Assembly: GCA_963422395.1 (NCBI GenBank)
Contig: OY729431.1
Span: 2,496,001 to 2,560,000, forward strand
Length of the DNA: 64,000 nucleotides
Reading direction: 5' to 3'
Source of the DNA: Vicinamibacteria bacterium
GTDB taxonomy: Bacteria > Acidobacteriota > Vicinamibacteria > Marinacidobacterales > Marinacidobacteraceae
Shown: positions 47,719 through 57,924 of the stretch, one piece after another
How the letters are laid out: each line of letters begins with the position of its first letter
Position numbering within the stretch: the first letter of the stretch is position 1
Made by a program: the position numbers and the translations under genes
Notes under the pieces: model-generated
What the model saw: the letters and a program-made list of their open reading frames with translations, nothing else
Told to the model about the DNA's origin: nothing
Databases searched by the model: none

Positions 47719-50700
47719 TCAGCGAGAGCGCGCCTCGGTCAGAGCCCGCCAGAAGGGAGGCAGCGTCTCGTCGCGAAGGCGCCGGAACTCCTCGCGGGCC
47801 GTATCGAGCCGTTCGCTCAGCAGCGCATGGACCTCGCGCTGCTGATCGGTGGGGTGGAAATCGGCGCCGTCGTGACCGGCGTCGTTCGCAAGCGCCCCGA
47901 ACCTCCCGTAGAGACGCATCGGCGCGCGGAAGGCATCCTCGCGGGAACCGGTGAGACCAGTGTCGAAAAGCCGTCCTTCCACGGCGATCACGGTGCCTTC
48001 GATCTCGGCCGCGCTCTCGAGCAGCGCCTCGAATACCTCATCCCCTCGGTGGCGTTCCCTCAGACCCTCGAGCTCGCGGCGCATCCATTCCAGCTCGTCC
48101 ACCATCGCCGCCAGCTCGTTCAGCTGCTCTCGGATCGTCATGAGGAATTCGTGTTTCTCGGCGATCTCCGCCAGCGTCCCGGCGGACGCCGGATCCTTTC
48201 GGACCTCGAAGGAGACCTCGGCGGAGTGCTCGCCCGCGGTGACCCGGGCGGTGTACCTGCCCGGCGGCGCCAACGGACCGCGGTAGCCGGGGAAGATATC
48301 GAGATCCCAAGTACGGATTCGCCGCTCACCGTCTTCGCCGAGCCGCACCCAGTCGAGGTCCGGGGGGCGGGTACGCAGCGTGGCGCGCTCCGCCGCCTCG
48401 TACCGGAGATCCCAGTACTCCCGATGGAGGCCGGCCTGCGCCGATCCTTCGAGTTCGCGGATCACCTCGCCGGCAGCGTCGAGGATCTCGATGACCGCGC
48501 CCGTCCCTGCCTCCTCGGCGAGCCGCCAGGAGATGCCGGCTCCGTAGGGCGGATTCTGCCCGGTGACGAGGCTCCCGGGCTCCGACTTGATCGCCTGGCG
48601 GGGAAGGAAGCGATAGGCCGCCGCGGGCGCGAAGACCCGGAGCGGCTCGGAGGGCGGATCGGCCAGCGCCCGCAACGGGCCGATGTCGTCGAGGATGAAG
48701 AAACCGCGTCCGTAGGTCGCCGCCACCAGGTCGTCGAAGCGCTCTTGCACCACGAGGCCGTAGATCGGGGCCGGAGGCATCCCCAGGCGGAGCGAGAACC
48801 AGAACTCCCCGTCGTCCAGACTGGCCCAGACCTGGTTGTCGGTCCCGGCGTAGAGCATCCCGGCCCGCTGCGGGTCCTCGCGGACCACATGGACGAAGGA
48901 GAAAGGCGACTCGGGGAGGCCGCCGCTGATCCGCTCCCAGCTCGCGCCGAGGTCGCGGGTGCGGAAGATGTGGGGGCGGAAGTCGCCGGACTGGTGGCGG
49001 CTGACCGCGAGGTATGCGGTCTCGGGGTCGTGCCGCCCGGGCTCGATGGACTTGACCCAGCCTTCGATGTCGAGCCCGGGGACGTTTGCGCTCACATCGC
49101 GCCAGTTCGCACCGCCGTCCTCGGTGAGATGGACTCGGCCGTCCACGCTCCCCGCCCAGAGCTGGCCCCGGGCGAGCGGCGATTCGGCCAGCGCGAAGAG
49201 CACCGAGCCGTCGAAGGTGTAGAGGTTGTCCACCGTGACCCCGCCGGAGTCCTGCTGACGCGATTCGTCGTCGGTGGTGAGGTCGGGGCTGATCTGCCGC
49301 CACGACTGGCCGCGGTTTCGGCTCTCGTGGACGAACTGGCTGCCGACCCATGTCGTCCCCGGTTCGTTACGCGAGAGCACCATCGGGAAGTTCCAGTGCC
49401 AGCGCAACTTCACCTCCACGGGAGCCCAACCGTAGGAAGCTTCCGGCCATACCCGGACATCGCGAGTGTGCCCGGTGCGGTCGTCGTACACCTCGAGGCC
49501 ACCGTCGTAGCAGCCCGACCAGACGATGTCGTCGTCGGCCGGTTCCGGGGTGGCCCAACCGCTCTCGCAGCCGCCGACCCCCTGCCAGAGACCGAGCGGG
49601 ATGCCGCCCCCGCTCGTTCGGCTCGGTCCCCGGTAGGAATAGCCGTCCTGGCGATTCCCGTACACCCGGTAGGGGATCCGGTCGTCCACGCTCACCTGGT
49701 ACATCTGGGCCACCGGGGGGACGATCCGCCGCCAGCTCGCACCCCGGTTCGTCGAGAGGCTGCCGCCGCCGTCGTGGGCGACCAGGATGCGTTCCGGCAG
49801 GTAGGGGTCCACCCAGACATCGTGATTGTCGCCTCCGGCGCGGTAGGAGGTCTCGACCAGGCTCCGCCCGCCGTCCACGCTGGTACTGAACAGCACCGAA
49901 GCGAAGTAGATCCGGTCCGGATCTCTGGAATCCACCGCGAAGCGGACATAGTAGGGAGCGCGTTCGGCGAGATCGTGGTGGGTGAGCGTGAGCCGCCAGG
50001 AGGCGCCGCCGTCGTCGGAGCGGTAGAAGCCGGGACTTTCGTCTTCGATCAGCGCGTACCAGCGATCCGGGTCGCTCGGGGCGATCCCGACTGCGATCTT
50101 TCCGACCTCGTGCTCCTCCCCACCGGGAAGCGCCGCGATCCGCTCCCAGGTGTCTCCGCCGTCGAGGCTTCGGTACGCCCCGCTGCCCGGCCCGCCGCTC
50201 GAGAGCCCCCCGGTATCGATCTGGAGTTGCCACATCCCGGCGAGCAAGCGCCGCGGGTGGCGAAGATCCAGCGCCAGATCGGAGCACCCGGTGTTCTCGT
50301 CCACGAAGAGCACGAGCTCCCACGAATCCCCGCCGTCGGTCGTGCGATAGACCCCGCGCTCGGGCTGGGGCGCGTAGGAGTGGCCCAGCGCGCAGGCGTA
50401 CACCAGGTCCGGGTCGCCGGGGTGGACGAGGATGCGCGCGATCCGCCCGCTGGCTTCGAGCCCACGATGGTGGAACGACCGGCCGCCGTCGGTCGAGCGG
50501 TAGATCCCGTTCCCCATGGCGAGCGCCGGACGGATGATGAAAGTCTCGCCGGTCCCCGCCCAGACCTGCGCCGGATCCGAGGGCGACACCGCGAGCGCGC
50601 TGATCGAGGCGGCGTCCTGGTCGTCGAAGACCGGCTTCCAGCTCGTTCCACCGTCGTCCGTCCTCCAGATCCCTCCCGAAGCCGCCCCGAAAAACGCCAC

Positions 50701-50868
50701 TTCGGGGTTTCCCCACTCCCCGACCGCCGCGCTGAGTCGGTTTCCGTCCGGCCCGATCGTCCGCCACTTCAGGGCGGGCGCGGTCTCTTCGCTGATCGGC
50801 GGTTGGGCAAATCCGGGGGCGGCGAGCAGCGGGACGAGGAAAAGGATGAGCAGGCAGGCAGCGCGCAT
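47719..50868 (-). CDS. VPS10/BNR-repeat beta-propeller glycosyl hydrolase-like secreted protein
   Basis: Signal peptide; LKWRTIGP; repeated Asp-boxes (RTDDGGTSW, STDGGRSF, TTDGGDSW); DNHDVW; ISPDLT. Confidence 0.88.
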   Translation of the reverse strand: MRAACLLILFLVPLLAAPGFAQPPISEETAPALKWRTIGPDGNRLSAAVGEWGNPEVAFFGAASGGIWRTDDGGTSWKPVFDDQDAASISALAVSPSDPAQVWAGTGETFIIRPALAMGNGIYRSTDGGRSFHHRGLEASGRIARILVHPGDPDLVYACALGHSYAPQPERGVYRTTDGGDSWELVLFVDENTGCSDLALDLRHPRRLLAGMWQLQIDTGGLSSGGPGSGAYRSLDGGDTWERIAALPGGEEHEVGKIAVGIAPSDPDRWYALIEDESPGFYRSDDGGASWRLTLTHHDLAERAPYYVRFAVDSRDPDRIYFASVLFSTSVDGGRSLVETSYRAGGDNHDVWVDPYLPERILVAHDGGGSLSTNRGASWRRIVPPVAQMYQVSVDDRIPYRVYGNRQDGYSYRGPSRTSGGGIPLGLWQGVGGCESGWATPEPADDDIVWSGCYDGGLEVYDDRTGHTRDVRVWPEASYGWAPVEVKLRWHWNFPMVLSRNEPGTTWVGSQFVHESRNRGQSWRQISPDLTTDDESRQQDSGGVTVDNLYTFDGSVLFALAESPLARGQLWAGSVDGRVHLTEDGGANWRDVSANVPGLDIEGWVKSIEPGRHDPETAYLAVSRHQSGDFRPHIFRTRDLGASWERISGGLPESPFSFVHVVREDPQRAGMLYAGTDNQVWASLDDGEFWFSLRLGMPPAPIYGLVVQERFDDLVAATYGRGFFILDDIGPLRALADPPSEPLRVFAPAAAYRFLPRQAIKSEPGSLVTGQNPPYGAGISWRLAEEAGTGAVIEILDAAGEVIRELEGSAQAGLHREYWDLRYEAAERATLRTRPPDLDWVRLGEDGERRIRTWDLDIFPGYRGPLAPPGRYTARVTAGEHSAEVSFEVRKDPASAGTLAEIAEKHEFLMTIREQLNELAAMVDELEWMRRELEGLRERHRGDEVFEALLESAAEIEGTVIAVEGRLFDTGLTGSREDAFRAPMRLYGRFGALANDAGHDGADFHPTDQQREVHALLSERLDTAREEFRRLRDETLPPFWRALTEARSR

Positions 50869-50968
50869 GGCCGAACGGTAGCAGTCCGTTCCCCGGACGG
50901 TGCTCTCGCGGGTTCCCGGCGAGTACGATGGGCCAGCAGCAGGAAACCTGCTGGAGGAGGAGAACACG

Positions 50969-52678
50969 ATGCCTCGATACTCGACGCTTCCTCTCTTTGC
51001 CGCGGCCTGCCTCTCGGCGGCGGCCGTCTCGGCACAACCCGCCTACGACCTGCTGCTCACCGGCGGCTGGGTGTTCGACGGCAGCGGAAACCCGGCAGTC
51101 CGCGCGGATGTCGGAATTCGGGGCGATGAAGTGGCGGCGGTCGGCCGGTTGGCGGGAAGACCCGGCCACCGGGCGGCACGCACCATCGCGGTGGACGGAC
51201 TCTTCCTCGCTCCGGGGTGGGTGGACCTGCACTCGCACGCCGACCGGTCGCTGGTCGGCGACGATCTGGAAGCGCGCAAGGCGTTGAATCTGGTGGCTCA
51301 GGGGATCACCACGGTGGTTCTGGGCGCCGACGGGCGGAATCCGATCTGGCCGATTCGGGACGAGATCGCCGCCTACCAGAGCCGTGGGATCGGACTGAAT
51401 GTGGTCCCGGTAGTGGGACATTCGACGGTGCGGCTCGAAGTGATGGGCGCGGACCACGAACGCCCCGCCGCCGCGGACGAGGTCGCCCGGATGGCGGAGT
51501 TGGTCCGGGAAGGCATGGAGGACGGAGCCTGGGGCCTCGGCGCCGGCCCCGAGTACCGCCCGGCCCGTTTCTCCGAGACCAGCGAGATCGTCGCTCTGGC
51601 CCAGGTGGTCGCCGAGTACGACGGCTTCTACTACTCCCACCAGCGCAGCCAGTCGCCGATGCCCCGCTGGCAAGTACCGAGTATCGTGGATGGGCCGACC
51701 CTCACCGGGACCGAAGGGATGGCCGAGACCATCCACATCGGGCGCGAGACGGGGATCCGGGTGGTGGGGACCCACATCAAGGCGAAGGGACCGTCGAGCT
51801 GGGGCCAAGCGGCGAAGGATGTGCAGGCGATCCGGGAGGCCCGGCGGCAGGGGGTGCAGGTCTATCTCGATCAATACCCCTTCGAAACCTTCGGCGGCGG
51901 GCCGGTCGGGGTGATCCCGGTCTGGGGATTCGCGCCGCCGGGGACCGACCGTTCCGGCGGGCTGGACGATCCGAAGTGGCGGACCCCGGGTCTCCTGAAC
52001 CTCGAAAACCTCGAAGCGAACCTGGCCGACGAGGCGATCCGCACCGAACTGCTCCACGATCTGGAACAGCAGCTCGACCTCTTCGGGGGCGCCGACCGGC
52101 TGGTCATCGTCCTTTTTCCGGAGGAACCCTCGCTGGTGGGGCGGACGGTCGCGGCCGTCTCGGCGGACGCCGGCAAGAGCGTCACCGAGACCCTGATCGA
52201 CTTCGCCCGCACCGGGAATCAGGAACTGCTCCATGGGGTGCTGATCCGCCCGATCGCCGGACACCGTTTCGATGTGGAGACCTACATGGTCCAGGACTAC
52301 ACCGCGACCTCCACCGACGCCGGGGTCGCGCTCGAGGCCGCTCCCGGACGCCATCCCCGTTACTGGGGGACCTACCCGCGGAAGATCGCCCACTATGTCC
52401 GCGAGCGCGGGATCATCAGCCTCCCCTTCATGATTCGATCCTCGACGAGCCTCCCGGCAGCCATCGTGGGGCTGACCGATCGGGGATGCCTCCGGGTCGG
52501 CTGCAAGGCCGACCTCGTGGCCTTCGACTACGAACGGGTCGAGGACCGCGCGACGATCCTCGATCCGGCCGCCGCTCCGACGGGCATCCCATGGGTGCTG
52601 GTGGGCGGTGAGGTCGCCATCGAGAACGGCCGAGCCACCGGCGCGCTGGCCGGAGTCGTCATCCGCCGCGGCGGCTGA
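50969..52678 (+). CDS. N-acyl-D-amino-acid deacylase (amidohydrolase)
   Basis: APGWVDLHSHAD, QGITTVVLGADG, THIK, HPRYWGTYPR, GCKADLVAFD. Confidence 0.9.
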   Translation: MPRYSTLPLFAAACLSAAAVSAQPAYDLLLTGGWVFDGSGNPAVRADVGIRGDEVAAVGRLAGRPGHRAARTIAVDGLFLAPGWVDLHSHADRSLVGDDLEARKALNLVAQGITTVVLGADGRNPIWPIRDEIAAYQSRGIGLNVVPVVGHSTVRLEVMGADHERPAAADEVARMAELVREGMEDGAWGLGAGPEYRPARFSETSEIVALAQVVAEYDGFYYSHQRSQSPMPRWQVPSIVDGPTLTGTEGMAETIHIGRETGIRVVGTHIKAKGPSSWGQAAKDVQAIREARRQGVQVYLDQYPFETFGGGPVGVIPVWGFAPPGTDRSGGLDDPKWRTPGLLNLENLEANLADEAIRTELLHDLEQQLDLFGGADRLVIVLFPEEPSLVGRTVAAVSADAGKSVTETLIDFARTGNQELLHGVLIRPIAGHRFDVETYMVQDYTATSTDAGVALEAAPGRHPRYWGTYPRKIAHYVRERGIISLPFMIRSSTSLPAAIVGLTDRGCLRVGCKADLVAFDYERVEDRATILDPAAAPTGIPWVLVGGEVAIENGRATGALAGVVIRRGG

Positions 52679-52804
52679 ACTCGGCCATCATTCCCCGACC
52701 AGCGGCGGTGCACCGCATGAGCCGCCGGATCCAGCGGCGGTTTCGGCAGTCGGATTGTGATGATCTGAAGCGCCGCTTGAATATTACATGATAATCTGCA
52801 GCAT

Positions 52805-53974
52805 GTGTATGACAGACGCTTGGACCTCCCACCTCCCGGAGCGCGCACCTTCTTCCTCTGGGGGCCGCGGCAGGTCGGCAAGACCACATTGCTGCGGCGA
52901 AGCTATCCCGAAGCCCGCTGGGTGGACTTGCTGAAGGCCGACGAGTTCCGACGATACGCGACCCGGCCCGAGGCCCTGCGGTTGTCGCTGCAGGCGGAGG
53001 GCGCCGACCCGGCCCGGCAGGTGGTGGTGGATGAAGTGCTCAAGGTTCCCGCGCTGCTCGACGAAGTGCACTGGATGGTCGAGAACCTCGGGCTCCGCTT
53101 CGCGCTTTGCGCCTCGAGCGCTCGCAAGGTGCGTCGCCGCACCGCCGGGCTCCTCGGCGGGCGGGCGGTGCGACACGAGCTGCGCGGCCTCACTGCGGTA
53201 GAACTAGGCGGCGATTTCGATCTCCGGCGCATGGTGAACCACGGATTTCTGCCCCGCGTGCATCAGGACCCCGAGCCCGTGCTGCTGGTCGAGTCGTACA
53301 TCGCCGACTATCTCAAGGAAGAAGTCGCTGCCGAGGGACTGGTTCGCAACCTGCCGGCTTTCGCGGACTTCCTCGAGGCCGCCGCGATCGCGGACACCGA
53401 GATGGTCAACTTCTCGAATGTGGCGCAGGACTGCGGTGTGAGCAGCCAGACGGCGAAGGCGTACTACGGCATTCTCGAAGACACCCTGCTCGGGCGGTGG
53501 CTTCCGGCCTTCCGGAAACGCCCGAAGCGGCGCGTGCTGCGCGCTCCCAAGTTCTATTTCGCCGATGTCGGCGTCGTGAATCGGCTCGCGCGCCGCGGCG
53601 CGATAGAGCCGGGTTCCGAACTCTTCGGAAAGGCGTTCGAGAACTGGGTCTTCCACGAACTGGACGCGAGCCTGAGCTATGGGGGTTCGCCCGAGCGGCT
53701 CTCCTATTGGCGCCTCGCTGGCGGGACGGAAGTGGACTTCATCGTCGGCGACATGCGAATCGCCATCGAGGCCAAGGCGGCAGCGCGTGTCGGCTCCCGC
53801 CATTTGAAAGGGTTGCGGGCACTCGCCGAGGACCATCCCGAGGTTCGGCGCCGCATCGCCGTCTGCCTCGAACCGCAGGCGCTCGTGACCGACGACGGCA
53901 TCGATATCCTGCCGGTGGCCGACTTCCTCGAAAGCCTCGGGAACGGCGACCTGCTGGGGCAGACCGTCCGGTAG
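52805..53974 (+). CDS. AAA+ ATPase (AAA_14 plus DUF4143)
   Basis: GPRQVGKTT, VVDEV, KFYFADVG, GKAFENWV, EVDFIV..AIEAK. Confidence 0.9.
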   Translation: MYDRRLDLPPPGARTFFLWGPRQVGKTTLLRRSYPEARWVDLLKADEFRRYATRPEALRLSLQAEGADPARQVVVDEVLKVPALLDEVHWMVENLGLRFALCASSARKVRRRTAGLLGGRAVRHELRGLTAVELGGDFDLRRMVNHGFLPRVHQDPEPVLLVESYIADYLKEEVAAEGLVRNLPAFADFLEAAAIADTEMVNFSNVAQDCGVSSQTAKAYYGILEDTLLGRWLPAFRKRPKRRVLRAPKFYFADVGVVNRLARRGAIEPGSELFGKAFENWVFHELDASLSYGGSPERLSYWRLAGGTEVDFIVGDMRIAIEAKAAARVGSRHLKGLRALAEDHPEVRRRIAVCLEPQALVTDDGIDILPVADFLESLGNGDLLGQTVR

Positions 53975-54020
53975 CAGTCCGTGGATGAAATGGCGCGCGC
54001 CCTCGTCCACGGACTGCCAG
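53972..54020. mobile_element. Minimal ~50-bp TIR-only element
   Basis: TAG-CAGTCCGTGGATGAAATGGCGCGCGCCCTCGTCCACGGACTGC-CAG: both TIR-like arms nearly adjacent; TAG is the ATPase stop codon. Confidence 0.7.
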
Positions 54021-54170
54021 TTTCGAAATTCCGAGGATCGTTTCGAGAAGATGTCTGCAGACTATCCCGGCACGGCCGTCACGATCGAGGTCAATACCTC
54101 GGACACAGCTCGCTATGTCGTCGCACGGGAGGGGCCGGTCCCGGATGATTTGCCACGGAGAAGGGCGTGA
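54021..54170 (+). pseudogene. C-terminal remnant of an ATP-binding (HATPase-like) gene
   Basis: YPGTAVTIEVNTSD resembles the final strand of HATPase_c proteins; the 5' part is missing at the TIR relic. Confidence 0.45.
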
Positions 54171-54178
54171 TCCGATCC

Positions 54179-54543
54179 ATGTCGAAGCCGATCGTCGTTC
54201 CGGTCCATGACTTCATAGGTGGGCCGCTGCGGAAGATGGCGAGCATCTCTACGAGAAGATCGTTCCGCTCCTCGCTCAGGAAACGCTGGTGGTGCTCTCG
54301 TTCGAGGATGTGGAAATCATCATTTCTGCTTTCCTGAACGCTTCCGTAGGGCGTCTCTACGGCGAGTTTCCCGAAGAGACTATTCGGAAATTCCTTTCTT
54401 ACGAGGGTCTGCAGAAGGATGATCTGGATATGCTGAAACGAGTCGTGGACAATGCGAAGAAATACTTCAGCAATCCACTCGACTACGACCGGGCGTGGAC
54501 AGAGGAGATCGGGCCGGAGGATGAGGAGCCGGATGTGTCATGA
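54179..54543 (+). pseudogene. STAS-like (DUF4325) gene with a frameshift near 54230
   Basis: MSKPIVVPVHDFIGGP / EDGEHLYEKI..VVLSFEDVEIIISAFLNASVGRLYG..LKRVVDNAKKYF. Confidence 0.75.
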
Positions 54544-54686
54544 AGAACAGGATACATGACATCCAAGATTACGAATTCCTCCCTGAATTTCTCTTTCTGT
54601 TCGACACGAATGTATGGATGTATATCCACGATATTTCCTCACCGACGAACAAAGCGCGGCACGCGGCCTCTGCGGCAAGCCGATGA
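54540..54686 (+). pseudogene. Truncated PIN-domain gene
   Basis: ATGA overlap with the STAS gene; MKNRIHDIQDYEF..FLFDTNVWMYI (PIN first-strand DTN motif), then an early stop. Confidence 0.6.
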
Positions 54687-54891
54687 GCGAAGCGATCAGC
54701 CCGCCGTACCCCGCACCCGGCACGGCAGTGTGGTACGGCTTCGGGAGGAAACGGCAGGCGGCCTCATCAACCTCGCGGAAGCTCTCGATCCGATAACCGC
54801 GCGTTTCGCGACCCGCGCGATGCTCCAGCTACCGCCACGCTCGGGCGGCCCGGGGGCGGGCGCGCAGGGCGCCCGCCCGGGTCTTGGAAGA

Positions 54892-57816
54892 TCAGAAAGA
54901 GTAGCGGACCGCCAGCTCGATCTGGCGGGAAGGCGCGTTGATGTTCGCCGCCAGCGAGTTCTCGTTGTTGCCGAAGCTGGCTGACCGCAGGTTGCCGTTC
55001 GGGACATCGAAGTTCACCCGATCGAAGGCATTCAGCACCTGGAAGACCAGTTCGATCCCGTGGGTCCCGGAAAGGTAGAAATTCTTCGAGGCGCGGAAAT
55101 CCACATTCAGGAAAGGCGAGCAGGTGAAGGATCCCACCGGGGCCCGACCGGTGGACTCGCGGTACGAGTTCGCCAGGCCGAGGTCCAGATTGCGGCATCC
55201 ATAGGCGTTGGCGGCGGTGAAGCCCGGCGCGAGGTCCCCGGAGTAGCCGTCGCCGTTCAGGTTCGTTCCCGAGTTCACCAGCACCGGAAGCGGTGAGCGG
55301 TAGTCGAGGATCGTCGAAACCCGGATGTCTCCCGGCAGCACGAGGATGCCGCTGCTCACCAGCCGGTGCCGCCGGTCGGTGCCGCCCGGGTGGGTCGCCC
55401 ACGCGTACCCCGGAAAGCTGCTGTCCCAGCTCGAGGGCTCGGTGTTCCGGGTCCAGAGTTCGGTGGTCTCGGTCTTGGCGAGCGTATAGCTGACGAGGAA
55501 CTGCCAGCCGTCCGCATAGCGCTTCTCGAACTTGGCGTAGAACGCCTGGTAGTCGTGATCGAGGATCGAATAGGAGGCGTTCACCCGGTTGAACTGGGGC
55601 CAGGGCCGCACGCCGTCCACCGGGTAGTTGATGTTCACGTTCCGCATCGCGTCGGCGCGGGTGGCCACCCGGGTCAGGTCGAGGGAGAGCGCCATGTCGT
55701 CCCGCAACTGATGCGCGAGCCCGAGGTTGAAGTGGTGGGCGTAGGGCTGCTGGTAGCCGTTGTCGAGAGTCGTGATGTTCGGCGGCGCCGTGGAGAGGAA
55801 CTCCTCGCGCGAACGGCCGCCGAGCGGGTCGAGGAAGTCGGGGTCGTCGATGATGATCGTCTGCCCCTGGTGCCACCAGCGTTCGCCGAAGTTGGTGAGG
55901 GTGCGGATGTTCTCGAAGAACTTGCCGTAGCCGCCCTTCACCGTGGTGCGTCCGGTGCCGTCGCCCGAGAGGTCGTACACGAAGCCGATCCGCGGGCCCC
56001 AGTTGTTCCGGTCGCCCCTGGCGTCGGCACCCTCGTGGAACGGGATCGGCAGCGGGAACCGGATGTCCCGGATGTCCTCGTTGAAGGTTCCCACCTGCAG
56101 GTCGTAGCGGAGCCCCAGGTTCAGGGTGAGGCGGTCGGTGCTCCAGTCGTCCTGGGTATAGATCGAGAAGTGGTGCACCGGCACCCGGTCGTAGCGCGGC
56201 TGGGTCTGCGTGTACTGGATCGGGTGGGTTTCGGGATCGTTCGGATCGAACGCCTCGTCGGTGTCGAAGGTGAATCGGCCCGAGTAGTTGCCCACGCTGT
56301 CCGCCGCGAAATCGATCCAGTTGTAGTCCACACCGAACTTGATCTGGTGATCCCCGCCGAACCCCTGCTGGAAGAGGGTGAAGTCGTCCTTGAACTGCCA
56401 GCGGGTCTCGGGGCCCATTTGGTCGTTGCAGGATCCGGTGCGCAGGGTGGGCCGCCGAATGTTCATTTCACAGAGGGCGAGGCGCTCGGAGTTGAAATCG
56501 CCGGGATCCCAGGAACCGTGGGAGAACGCCTCGCTGACTTCGTACTTCGAGAAGGCGCGCTGGAAGCGGAACTCGTTCAGCGAGTTCGCGCCGGTCACCG
56601 AAGTGACTCCGAATACCTCGGCGTTCCGCGGCACCGCGAAGTCGAAACCGTCCACGGTGATCCCCCGCGCGTTCAGATTCGGGCGGTACTCGTTCTCCCA
56701 GGCTACCCGCAGCCAGATCGAATGGTCTTCGTTCAGCTGGTGGTTCAACCGGCCGAGCCACATGTAGCGCCACTCGTCCTTCGGGAAGGTTCCCTCGACC
56801 TCGGGGAATACGCCGCCGTTCGAGATCGTGTAGAACAGCTCCTCGTCGGTGCGCTCGAACGCGAAGAAGAAGTGGGTCCGATCCTCCACGATGGGGCCGC
56901 CGAACGAGCCGCCGTACTGGTAGCGGCGGTAGTCGGGCTTTTCCCGGCCGGCTTCGCGGTCCTGGTGGGTGAGCGCGGTGAGCGCCTTGTCGCGGAAGAA
57001 CACGAAGGCGCTGCCCGCGAGGTCGTTCGTGCCCGACTTCGTCACCACCGTCATCAGCCCGCCGGTGGCGAGGCCGTACTCCGCCTTGAAGTTGCTGGTG
57101 GTGACCTGGAACTCGCCGATGGCGTCCATCGGGAAGTTCTGACGCGCCTCACCCATCTCGGCCCAGGTGTTGTTCACCCCGTCCACGATGAAGGCGTTCG
57201 CGTAGTAGCGGCCGCCGGCGCCCATGTTCACATTGCCCCGGTAGTAGAACCCGCGGATCGCGTCCTGGCTGGTGCCCGGAGTGAGCAGGGCGAGGTCCAC
57301 CCAGCGCCGCGAGGCCACCGGGAGGTCCTGGATCTGGAGATCGGACACCGAAGTCGAGATGTCGGAGCGCCGGGTGTCGAGCAGCGGCGCGGCCCCGGTC
57401 ACGGTGACCATCTCCTCGACCTGGGCCAGCGCGAGCTCCATGTCCATGACGATCGTCTGCTGGATGCTCAGGATCACCCCGGTGGCCTGCACCGTGGAGA
57501 ACCCGCTCAGTTCGGCAGTGACCGTGTAGGGCCCCGGGAGCAGCGCCGGCAGGCGGTAACCGCCTCCGGCGTCCGCGACCGAAGAGCGGAAGACGCCGGT
57601 CTCCTCGTTCGTCGCGGTCACGGCGGCGCCGGGCAGGACCGCGCCGGTCGCGTCCACCACCGTCCCTTCGATCTGCCCGTACTGGGCAAAAGCCGGAACG
57701 GCGAAGAAGAAGAGGGCGGCCGCCAGGACGGCCGCCCCCGAACAGACCCGAGCGCCCGGAGTTCTCCCGGACTCGGCGGACTCGTCTGGTCTGCGGGATG
57801 TCGTCGTGTTGGCCAT
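54892..57816 (-). CDS. TonB-dependent receptor (Oar-type, N-terminal carboxypeptidase-regulatory-like domain)
   Basis: GTVVDATGAVLPGAAV, EFQVTTSNFKAEYG, VVTKSGTN, YGGSFGGPI, LNLGLRYD, C-terminal RYSF. Confidence 0.93.
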   Translation of the reverse strand: MANTTTSRRPDESAESGRTPGARVCSGAAVLAAALFFFAVPAFAQYGQIEGTVVDATGAVLPGAAVTATNEETGVFRSSVADAGGGYRLPALLPGPYTVTAELSGFSTVQATGVILSIQQTIVMDMELALAQVEEMVTVTGAAPLLDTRRSDISTSVSDLQIQDLPVASRRWVDLALLTPGTSQDAIRGFYYRGNVNMGAGGRYYANAFIVDGVNNTWAEMGEARQNFPMDAIGEFQVTTSNFKAEYGLATGGLMTVVTKSGTNDLAGSAFVFFRDKALTALTHQDREAGREKPDYRRYQYGGSFGGPIVEDRTHFFFAFERTDEELFYTISNGGVFPEVEGTFPKDEWRYMWLGRLNHQLNEDHSIWLRVAWENEYRPNLNARGITVDGFDFAVPRNAEVFGVTSVTGANSLNEFRFQRAFSKYEVSEAFSHGSWDPGDFNSERLALCEMNIRRPTLRTGSCNDQMGPETRWQFKDDFTLFQQGFGGDHQIKFGVDYNWIDFAADSVGNYSGRFTFDTDEAFDPNDPETHPIQYTQTQPRYDRVPVHHFSIYTQDDWSTDRLTLNLGLRYDLQVGTFNEDIRDIRFPLPIPFHEGADARGDRNNWGPRIGFVYDLSGDGTGRTTVKGGYGKFFENIRTLTNFGERWWHQGQTIIIDDPDFLDPLGGRSREEFLSTAPPNITTLDNGYQQPYAHHFNLGLAHQLRDDMALSLDLTRVATRADAMRNVNINYPVDGVRPWPQFNRVNASYSILDHDYQAFYAKFEKRYADGWQFLVSYTLAKTETTELWTRNTEPSSWDSSFPGYAWATHPGGTDRRHRLVSSGILVLPGDIRVSTILDYRSPLPVLVNSGTNLNGDGYSGDLAPGFTAANAYGCRNLDLGLANSYRESTGRAPVGSFTCSPFLNVDFRASKNFYLSGTHGIELVFQVLNAFDRVNFDVPNGNLRSASFGNNENSLAANINAPSRQIELAVRYSF

Positions 57817-57924
57817 CTTGGCGGCCCTCCTTCGAGAGCGAGTGGAAGACGCCCGGCTGCGCTGCCGGACGAAGAGCAGAGAGAGGAAGAAAGACGCCAG
57901 GAAGCGCCGCCGCGGCCCCCGGGA

